From assembly GCA_947647555.1 (NCBI GenBank), contig CANSKT010000004.1:1-60257 (forward strand): DNA of 60,257 nt, given 5' to 3'. The translations under genes and the position numbers were made by a program. Positions 1-8,424 of this stretch are shown here, piece by piece; positions within the stretch are counted from its first letter, which is position 1, and the number at the start of each line of letters is the position of its first letter. Under the pieces are notes generated by a model, which was given only the letters and a program-made list of their open reading frames with translations, did no database searches and was not told the DNA's origin. The stretch is from an uncultured Peptococcaceae bacterium (GTDB lineage Bacteria; Bacillota; Dehalobacteriia; UBA4068; UBA4997).

Positions 1-91
1 TTATATGACAAATTAATAAACATTTAGTAATATTGCCGAAAAATCAAACAGCAAAAATTGCTATGCTTAGCCGGTGTTTTCTATGCAAATT

Positions 92-533
92 GGGTGAATG
101 AATACGCATACATTTCGCTAATTAAGCAAGTCAATGCGCAATCATTCACCCTTGCTGTTCAGAAGAAGATTAATTAAACAATTTATTGTCGATTAGGGGT
201 TCAATGAACCCGTTGTTTGGCTGAAAAAAAGGTTTAGGGGTTCATTGAACCCCCAAACAATTCTGAAAGTTCTGTTTGGGAACAGGCTTTTTGAAGAGTT
301 TTTGCACAGTATTACGGTCGTATATTGATGTTAGTTTGTTTGGGGAACCACTATATGTGTGGTTTAACCCGATAGCGAAAGTAATTTGAAAGAGTAAATT
401 TATACTTCTAGCTTGGGTTTAGGCCTGCCAAGGTATCGCAAGCATAGCCTGAAGATATCTTCAGGCCGCTTGTTTGGGGCTCACGCCCCAATCCCCAGAT
501 GTCCCTCGTTTGTGGCGAGGGAATAATTTTTTT
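92..533 (+). ncRNA. Candidate structured non-coding RNA or hairpin-rich element (unclassified)
   Basis: There is no ORF of 60 aa or more. Hairpins lie at 92-151 (10-bp arms gggtgaatga/tcattcaccc), 196-211, 237-253, 272-285, 346-364, 447-466 (perfect gcctgaagatatcttcaggc) and 475-490, plus a terminator-like stem at 503-521 with a T-run. A TGTTTGG(G) motif occurs four times (214, 274, 336, 472). Confidence 0.3.
503..533 (+). terminator. Rho-independent terminator-like hairpin
   Basis: Stem ccctcg/cgaggg with a 7-nt loop, followed by aataattttttt. Confidence 0.45.
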
Positions 534-1075
534 GAAACGGAGGTGGAAATGAAAGATACGGAAAGGTATGAGCTGTGCCTGCGGCTTAGTTAGGCGAAGA
601 AAGAGCGGAGAAAAATGAATGCAAAAAAGTTGATTGACAAAAATTTTCTTATATATTTTAATTATCTAATGTAGATATCAAACAGCATAGTTAGAGAATT
701 ATGCAGATAATGTTTTCACCTGACAATAAAACAGTTCAGTGCTCTATAAAAGAATTGTGATGTTTGCAATGAAGAAAAAAATTGTTATAACATGAGTAAT
801 ATGAGCCAAATTACATCAAATTTATTATATTGAGGTATCCGTGTCAAAAATCTAAATCAAAAGTGAATCAAGGAGTATTCTCTTAAATTTGATATAACTT
901 TTATATTTTATATCAGACGGTTCAAGAGTGTCCTTTTAATCTTTGAATTAAGCGACACAAGAAAAAAAATAATATACTATGAATTTCAAAATATACCTCT
1001 GCGATACATAATCTTCGGCAGACTAGTGTATAAAGTTATACCAGTTTGTCGTTTTAACAGGTATATAATTACACT

Positions 1076-3898
1076 CTAGCTCTTGATAAAATGATACTTA
1101 TGTTGTCTTAACGCAAAAGCTTGCTCTCCACCTTCAAGGATTTCGCATATATGTTTCTGAATGCCTTTGCTATTCAGTAAGCCAGGAACACCCCCATTTA
1201 TATTCAAAACAGGAGAGTTATCTTCGATAGCACCACCACGATATTCAAAGCGATAATGTTTATTCGGAGCATTTTTCCCATCTTGATTTGCAACTATAAC
1301 TAATTCAGCATCACCACCAAGTACAATATTAGCATTATGTGTGACAGTAATTATCTGTCTATCAACTTTTTTCTCTTTTATAAAACATATAAGTTCATCA
1401 AAAATTGATCTGTTATCAAGATCATCCTCCGGTTGGTCTATAAGAATAGGGCATTTGCTTTCTGCAAGACTGATAAGAAGTCGAAGCAAAACCAGCGCCT
1501 TTTTACCAGGTGACATATCTTGAATGTTATCGTTATCCATTTTAACAACATAGTCTATATTATACCAATCAGTCAGTATTTCCCGGAGAGCAGATTCCGC
1601 ATTGTGGCCACTTTTTAGTTTTAATGATTCGTTTGAATTGGCGATAATAGATTCTATAAGTGCTGCAATATTTTTTGAGGATAACATGTTTTCTGTTATA
1701 TTTCGAAGGTCAAATATAGTAAATTTTCCTAGAGATCTATTATCTAACACATCTGAAATTTTCCTTGAAAATTGCTCTACACGTAAAACTTTTCTTACTG
1801 AAAATTCCAAATCATTTGTTGAAGAAACAAATTCACTGTTAATTTTATTTGTATACTCAAGGTATATTTGACTAAAATCTGAAAATGATTGACTTAGCGC
1901 ACTCAATTTCTGATCATACTGCTCTTGTATTGTTTTTAGCTGAGTTTTATATTCAGCAAGTTTTGATAACTTCTCTCGTTCATCTACAATAGCAGCAGAG
2001 AGCTTACTAATTCTTTCATTACCATCCACTTTAGGTTTTAATGAATCAACTACATTGTTAAGTTCTTGTATAGATAACTTAAGCAATTCTTGTTGATCAC
2101 AAGCTTCTCTTAAAATATTTTTCTGCTTCTCAACCCAAGCCTCATCAGCAATTCTTTTTACTTCAGCAATAGATTTATCTATTGATTCTCCAAAAAATGT
2201 AATATCACTGTTTGTCCAAGATTTAATTTCAACAACAGAGGAAATCTCTTTTATGAATTCAATTTCCTTTGATATTGCTAAAAAGGTTCCTTGTTGAGTC
2301 TGAATTTTTTCTACGGAATTTTGGTATGTTGCTATTTCTTCTTCTGTAACATCATACTCCGAACTTAATTGTTCTAATTGTTCGTTTAGCTTTTTCACTT
2401 CAGCAGCAATTGAATTTTCATCACCAATTGCTTTACATTGATCGTAAATTTCCTTATGGTCAGATACAATTTTCAAGAAGTCTACAATTGATTTCGCTAT
2501 TGCCTGCTTTTGTTCAGCGATTTTTTTATCCATTGTGCGACGAGCTTCATAACATTTTGCATCTTGTAGAACGATATCTTGGATTATAGTATCGATCTCG
2601 GTTGTTTCCTGTTCTTCATCGCTTAGTCGGTTTAAATATGTTTGTGGTATGTAAACAATCTTTCTTTGTCTAGTCTTATCGCTGCTACAAACACCGTCAC
2701 GCCAAAAAACTTTTAGCTCAGTAATGGGTTTAACATTTGTTTCAGCAGTTTCCTGTTTTTCTTCTACTTGCTTCTCATCTATTGCCATTGCCATATTATG
2801 AAGAAGCAATGATTTTCCGGTCGATTTTCCTCCTATAATGCATGTAAGCTTATCATTAAAATATATTGGTTCGGAAGAAAAATCAGAATTGTCACTAATT
2901 TCTACTCTATCAATTACATAGTAACTTGGTTTTAAATCAGGTACTGTACTACTAATTCGTACCCGTTCTTTTGGTTCGTAAAGAACTTGCTTTAATCCCT
3001 CGAAAGTTGGATCTGCTTTGATCCAGCAAAATCTATCATCAACAGGTGCGAATATCCTTGCATTATCATGAGCATCAGAACCGTGAATACATGGCATTAA
3101 GGAACCGCATTTCTCTTTTACAAGATCTGCCCCATCAGTTCCTTCTCCCAGAAAATATGCAATATCTTTAGGGTTAGAAGAAAAAATCATATCTGAAAGT
3201 TGATAAATTGCTCTGCGAGTTGCCTCTAATTGCGAAACTTGTCCTTCGAAATAATCACTGTGAGCTCGCAGACCAGAAGCACCATCCGTACTACTATTTG
3301 ATACGACTATAATGGTTTTTTCTTTTAATTGAGGATTATTTTTAAAAACATCAGATAACGCTTCTAAGGAAATTACATATTGAGCTAATCCAGCCTTAAA
3401 AGCTTCAAATTCACTCGAAGCAGATTTGTTCAGAAAATCTCTACCTAATCGAATCAACTCAGATTTTGTCGCACCGTACCGATTGTTATTGTATTCAAAT
3501 TTCAGGTTTGCAAAAAAGCTGCTCTCCAGTTCTCCTACAATGCTTGGCTCAAATAAACAGTGTATGTTTATTGGGGAATCTTTTGCAACTGGCTTCATTC
3601 TTAATTCTACATTAGGCAAAACAAGCTTAACGCTATCAGGAAGCCTATTATCCTCACAAACCTTAAGATAATTATCTATAGAGAGGTAATCCGTAATAGC
3701 AATTGCACAAATTGAATGCAAAGGGTCACGTCCATCACCAATATAATTAGCGATGGAAGCGTAAAAATTATTCCATTTTTCATCAACTGTGTTTCCCGAA
3801 TACTGATCTTCCTTTTTTGTGAATGGAGTATGTAAATGTAAATCCCATCGTCGCCACTCAGATCCTCTTTTAATTTCCATAATGCCAATTCCTTCCAT
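1076..3898 (-). CDS. PHP-domain phosphoesterase fused to an SMC/Rad50-like ABC ATPase with a long coiled-coil insert (Ppl/TrlF-like defence ATPase)
   Basis: 940-aa ORF. N-terminal PHP motifs are WDLHLHTP, NVELR, NIHCL and HGSDAHD. Walker A is IIGGKSTGKSLL, followed by ~300 aa of heptad-rich E/K/Q sequence. Walker B/D-loop is PILIDQPEDDLD and the H-loop is TVTHNAN. The second ATG at 3880 has the better SD (ggaagga). The gene starts 14 nt downstream of the MTase stop. Confidence 0.85.
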   Translation of the reverse strand: MEGIGIMEIKRGSEWRRWDLHLHTPFTKKEDQYSGNTVDEKWNNFYASIANYIGDGRDPLHSICAIAITDYLSIDNYLKVCEDNRLPDSVKLVLPNVELRMKPVAKDSPINIHCLFEPSIVGELESSFFANLKFEYNNNRYGATKSELIRLGRDFLNKSASSEFEAFKAGLAQYVISLEALSDVFKNNPQLKEKTIIVVSNSSTDGASGLRAHSDYFEGQVSQLEATRRAIYQLSDMIFSSNPKDIAYFLGEGTDGADLVKEKCGSLMPCIHGSDAHDNARIFAPVDDRFCWIKADPTFEGLKQVLYEPKERVRISSTVPDLKPSYYVIDRVEISDNSDFSSEPIYFNDKLTCIIGGKSTGKSLLLHNMAMAIDEKQVEEKQETAETNVKPITELKVFWRDGVCSSDKTRQRKIVYIPQTYLNRLSDEEQETTEIDTIIQDIVLQDAKCYEARRTMDKKIAEQKQAIAKSIVDFLKIVSDHKEIYDQCKAIGDENSIAAEVKKLNEQLEQLSSEYDVTEEEIATYQNSVEKIQTQQGTFLAISKEIEFIKEISSVVEIKSWTNSDITFFGESIDKSIAEVKRIADEAWVEKQKNILREACDQQELLKLSIQELNNVVDSLKPKVDGNERISKLSAAIVDEREKLSKLAEYKTQLKTIQEQYDQKLSALSQSFSDFSQIYLEYTNKINSEFVSSTNDLEFSVRKVLRVEQFSRKISDVLDNRSLGKFTIFDLRNITENMLSSKNIAALIESIIANSNESLKLKSGHNAESALREILTDWYNIDYVVKMDNDNIQDMSPGKKALVLLRLLISLAESKCPILIDQPEDDLDNRSIFDELICFIKEKKVDRQIITVTHNANIVLGGDAELVIVANQDGKNAPNKHYRFEYRGGAIEDNSPVLNINGGVPGLLNSKGIQKHICEILEGGEQAFALRQHKYHFIKS

Positions 3899-3912
3899 AA
3901 TGCAAGTTTAAT

Positions 3913-5382
3913 CTAAACTAAAGTTAAAAAATTGCCATCTTCATTGAAACCATGAACCGGAGTAACATTTAGCAATGTGCTTCGCATAAGCTCCTTTGCT
4001 TCATTGCGTTTATTGAAAACCTGCTGCACGCTATGGATTATCCCCGTTTTTTTTGCTACATCTTTTGGGAATGGCAAGACAAGTTCATAAATTCTTCTCC
4101 CTAAAGTATCAATAATATCTTGTGTAAACTGCTTTGATCTAATCTGTTGTTTAACAATTGGAGAAGATAGTAAGGCCAGCAAAAGCCACGGATTAACTTT
4201 TTCCCAATCATTGCTGCGGATCTTATATAGATGACTTTGGTATACTATTTTTGTGTCGTTCTCAGATATCATGGCGCAAGTTCCCACAAGATAAGTTCCA
4301 TCTTTAACCATCAAAATATCATGAGCTTGTACATCTTGTTTTTCTTTCATCGCATTATACAATTCTTCGCTTAATCCTTGTTTGGGATCAAGTTTTATTT
4401 CCCAATTTGCAATATCAGATGTACGAACAAATGGAATTTGACCCGTTCCATATGCAAGCTTTCCTACTTCATCACCAGTAGAAACAGAAACAATTCCGGC
4501 CTGCACTAAGTCACCAAATCTAATAAGCTCATAATCAGATCGTAACCCAGCCAATTGTTCAGTAATTTCTGGATTATAATAAATTGGCAAGTAAATATTT
4601 TCGACAATCTCAGACTTTTGAATTGTGAAGCCTAAGTGGTCATATGGAAGCACCTCGCCCGATTTATATTTCTGATAGCGTTCTTCAATCAAAGGAATAT
4701 CATCATAGGGAATTTCCAGACCACGTGAGTCATGCCCACACCATTTAGCAACAGCCATAAAAATAGTGTGATTTTCGTTGTGTTTGCATTTCTTACCATA
4801 TTTGGTCAACACTGCTATACAAGTTTTAGCATGTGTGTTAGGCTGGAAAAGCTCTTCCGGCATAGATACAACAGCATCTATTCTTGCATGATTTTCAACA
4901 TAATCCATAATATACTTATGGCTTGGGTTGCAAAACATACTTTCTGGTGCAACAATGCCAAGTCTACCATCTGGCTCAAGTAAAGCTAAACATTTTTCGA
5001 TAAATAGTACCTGAGGTGTTTGCGAATCAAGCAAATTATTTGTTTTTTCAAGCTCATCTTTACTCTTTATTTTTTTCCATTTATGTCCAAGAGCAAAGTG
5101 CGACAAAATGGTTGTGTCATTAATTTTGAGTTTTGATCCATATGGAGGATTTGTTAGGATAACTCTAAAGCCAGCATCACGAATTGCGTTCTGTGCTTCC
5201 GTAGACCAACTGTTTGGATTTTCAAGGCTATTCTCGCAATAAATCCCACCTCGTCCATCACCTAAAAGTGCCATATATGCTTTCGTAGTTTTGCTTAAAA
5301 AACTTTCTTTGTCAATTCCACGAAAGTTTTTAATAGCAACTTCTTGCTTTTCTGCTACAATTTCTGCATTAGGCCATCCCAA
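3913..5382 (-). pseudogene. C-terminal part of a frameshifted R-M-S fusion gene: N6-adenine MTase catalytic region plus a single HsdS-like target recognition domain
   Basis: Contains LTNPPYGSK (motif IV) and a TRD-like region (LIRFGDLVQAG...IPFVRTSDI...). The same frame continues upstream of the annotated start through IIDPACGSGGFLVEALRY (motif I, 5383-5465). Confidence 0.8.
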
Positions 5383-5465
5383 TTCTTCGCCCTGAACTTC
5401 AATTTTTCTCCATATATACCGTAGTGCCTCAACTAAAAAACCCCCAGAGCCACAGGCAGGATCAA

Positions 5466-6434
5466 TTATCTTATCTTTTGGAGTGGGTCAACCAGCGACA
5501 ATAGCAGTTTAACCACATTTCGGGGTGTGAAAAATTGTCCTTGTCCTCCACGCAAGGAAGGACCGATAAAAGTTTCAAAAGCATCAGCTATTACATCTCG
5601 CTCACTTTCAATCAAGCAATACTGCTGTAATTCACCCACGATATAAGCAATAGAGTTGTTAGACAGTGTTATTTTATCGTTTTCATCAAATACATCGGGA
5701 TATTTGTCCTTTACAAGAGAAAACAGTGTCTGAATACGCTCAGAAATACGGCTATGTTTCTCAGCAATGCCAGCCCGAAAATTTACTGTATCTTCCTTCC
5801 GAGTAAATCTCTCATCATAAATTTTACAAAAAATAATGTTAATAATCTGAGGAACAAATTCCGTATCTAAGGTTTGTCCTGTATTATTAGCAGCTAAATA
5901 GTTTCTAATACTTTTAAAGATAGATTTTAAATTGTGCGTTTTTTTGAGTTCGCATCTTTTGAACAAACCAATATCCTCTACACGCTGACCAAAAAGAGGG
6001 ATATTAGGGATTTCCTCAAATAGAACTCTACCATCTGTTTCATATTTTCGTAAATACAGAACCTCGTCGCCATTAAACCAAACCCCTAAAGAGGCCTTGG
6101 ATAAACGCAAATAATCTTCCAACTGACTTTTTCCATCTTTTCGATTTTTCTTTTTGCATTCAACTATGATATAGATACTATCATCAGTTTTATATTCCTC
6201 AGAAAATATTGCAATGTCAACAGGATACTCCTTTTTGGTATCAGATGGGCGTGCCTTAACTCTGAACTGAGGCCTTGTCTGAATATGGTCCTTAGGGTAT
6301 CCATAATCCTCTACAAGTAGTTTCGAGAAAACTTGCGTTGCCTCTATTTCTTCTGGAGTGCCAGAAATCTCTATTCCAGAAATATAATCAATTATTTTAT
6401 CAGCCATTTCTTTTCTCCTTAAATTGTTTATCAT
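5466..6434 (-). pseudogene. N-terminal part of the same frameshifted gene: HsdR-N-type PD-(D/E)xK nuclease domain plus MTase motif X
   Basis: Contains EYPVDIAIF...IIVECKKK (D...ExK) and GQFFTPRNVV. It ends at a premature TAA straight after LVDP. The likely true start is the ATG at 6407 (MADKII), preceded by aaggag. Confidence 0.8.
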
Positions 6435-7074
6435 TTGCTTATATTTTCTTCATATGCTTTTTGTAAGCTGATGCAGAAAAATATGTTAATTGTACCAATA
6501 GTAATTTTTTTGTACCACCGAGATTATACAACTATCAACATAGAAGTAACAGTATTTACTTATTGTCTGTTGTTTGTCCTCTTTTTTTTCGTAAAATTAA
6601 CAAGATATTTAATATACAAGCTGCGCATGTAGCTAGTCATTCATTTCATAATTCCATAAATGAGTGAAGTTTATGATTTTTCTACATTCGGCAAGATGTT
6701 TGGAATGACATTTTGTGAATATTTTTGTGCAAATCATCCAATCATTCTTTTCGCAGCATCATTCGCTGCTTATCATATGACATAAATTTATTACTTTATA
6801 TGTACTTGTAGATAATTATAACTTGAACGAGTTAAATATATTAAGACAAAAATTTTGATTTATTATTGTGGATACAATACAGGTTTTTTTATGCAAAGAA
6901 TTTAATTATTATATTATCAGTTCAATAATATTTCTTAAATAGTATTTCTTTCTAATATTTTTTATATATTATACTAAAAAATATTTAAATAAGCAATATA
7001 ATTGCATTTTCCTATTGAATAAAAACAAAAGGCAGAACTAACCTGCAAGTATGCAGCTCTGGCATCTGTCAGCG

Positions 7075-7344
7075 TTATTTATCATCATAATGACCCTTGC
7101 AATGAACAATATAAATCCTGCCATTCTCCATATGATAAACCAGTCTGTCTTTATCATTGATACGGCGGCTATATTCACCCTGCAAATTGCCACGCAAAGC
7201 CTCCGGCTCGCCAATTCCCTTTAAACAGCCATTGCGCTCAATATCTTTCAGCAAAAGGTTTATCCGTTTCAGAGTCTTTTTATCCTGCATTTGCCAATAC
7301 AAATAATCACGCCACGCATCATCAGACCAAATCTTCTCACTCAT
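7075..7344 (-). CDS. yoeB: YoeB/Txe-family toxin (mRNA interferase)
   Basis: Contains IWSDDAWRDYLYWQMQDKKTLKRINLLLKDIERN...GIGEPEALRGNL...YSRRINDKDRLVY...HCKGHY. The ATG overlaps the antitoxin stop. Confidence 0.85.
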   Translation of the reverse strand: MSEKIWSDDAWRDYLYWQMQDKKTLKRINLLLKDIERNGCLKGIGEPEALRGNLQGEYSRRINDKDRLVYHMENGRIYIVHCKGHYDDK

Positions 7345-7606
7345 CTTCAACCTCAATCAGTTCATGCGCTGTTCCCTTGCCTGCTTTCAATTCATTGATA
7401 GACTTCATAATATAAGCCTGATTGGCCTCGCTGTAAAACGGATCCGGGTTTTGTACAATCTCAAAGGGAATACGCTTCTCTCTCAGAACTGCTTTCACAA
7501 AAAGATTGATAGCCGTAGAAGTATTAAGCCCAACATTAGAGCAAAAACTATCAAAGGCAACCTTATCGTGTTCGTCAACTCTTGCTGTTATAGTAGATAA
7601 TGCCAT
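7337..7606 (-). CDS. RelB/DinJ-type antitoxin
   Basis: Begins MALSTITARVDEHDKVAFDSFCSNVGLNTSTAINLFVKAVLREKRIPFEI. An SD (aggag) lies 6 nt before the ATG at 7606. The gene overlaps the toxin gene. Confidence 0.8.
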   Translation of the reverse strand: MALSTITARVDEHDKVAFDSFCSNVGLNTSTAINLFVKAVLREKRIPFEIVQNPDPFYSEANQAYIMKSINELKAGKGTAHELIEVEDE

Positions 7607-8127
7607 ACTATCCACTCCTGTCAAAATATTATTTTCGATTATATTATAACACTATCGTATGCGTTTTACAAGCTAAAGTATGCAAATAAATATAAAATCA
7701 TTATGCAGGCATTTTTGTCTGTATTTTTTTGCGCCTTTTTGGTATTCACTTGCTAAATATTTGGGAGTAAGTTACAGGAGGGATATACACATTTTTAGAA
7801 TGTGAATGTATTTAAAGAAATACAAAAAAACATTTCAAAATATGTTAACCACTCCGCTTTTATCCGGGAGGGGATATAGGAGGGGTATAAGCATTTTTTG
7901 AAAACTCTCCCTCTCTTGCTCTTTGACAATTTAATGACCGGCCTAAAGTGATACTTTCTTTTTTGGGGAAGTAGGCCAAGACCCCAGAATATCTGGACGA
8001 GCCTGCCAAGAATAAGAAAACGCCGCTGAAATATCTTCGAGGGGCAGGAACTGATTTAGGGTAAACCGGCAAAAACTCTGGACTATAGCTTTGCTTGAGT
8101 GTATTGAAATAAATTAAGGAGGTGCCA

Positions 8128-8277
8128 ATGGAGAAAGAGAAAACACAGAAAATTATCACAACAATCCAAGGCCATAAGGTTGTACTTATCTTTGAAGATA
8201 AAGCCAATATTGACGTGGCAGAACAGATTAAACAAACTCTGTTAAACACATACACAAAACCAATAAAAGTAGCTTAA
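8128..8277 (+). CDS. Small hypothetical protein (49 aa) upstream of the serine recombinase; possible accessory or directionality factor
   Basis: The ORF is not in the six-frame track because it is shorter than 60 aa. It has a strong SD (aaggaggtgccaATG) and translates to MEKEKTQKIITTIQGHKVVLIFEDKANIDVAEQIKQTLLNTYTKPIKVA. Confidence 0.5.
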   Translation: MEKEKTQKIITTIQGHKVVLIFEDKANIDVAEQIKQTLLNTYTKPIKVA

Positions 8278-8424
8278 ACAGCAAAGTGTTTGGGAATTAT
8301 AATAGCTTTTGAGAGGACGATGTGATATTCTTGTACTGACCTTGAAAGTCGGGATCTTTGACAAGTGAATATGGAAGTCCGCCCTTTCATTTAAGCTAAA
8401 TTTAATCAAGAGAGGACGGATAAA

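Noticed and set aside
194-254. Two ~17-nt near-identical palindromic repeats (aggggttca.tgaaccc) looked CRISPR-like.
   Set aside because: There are only two copies, with a 24-nt spacer, no further repeats and no cas genes. They are better explained as paired hairpins of a structured element.
6661-6786. A 41-aa + strand ORF with a hydrophobic tail in the 640-bp AT-rich spacer could be a type I toxin.
   Set aside because: It has no SD, no flanking promoter or antisense-RNA signals that I could read, and AT-rich DNA yields such ORFs by chance.
7870-7879. ggggatatag is a 10-nt match to an idealised 5' end of the tRNA-Ala. I first read it as the missing 5' half, split off by a 2.3-kb recombinase mini-element.
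   Set aside because: A better 5' half (7-bp acceptor complement, gctc D-stem and D-loop-like sequence) lies at 10092-10117, right next to the 3' part. The 10-mer at 7870 is part of the GGAGGGGATATA motif cluster and lacks any D-arm continuation.
7860-8255. A 131-aa minus-strand ORF lies in the spacer between the TA pair and the recombinase.
   Set aside because: It has no SD and a low-complexity hydrophobic translation. It overlaps the SD-led 49-aa + strand ORF (8128-8277), which is the better candidate.
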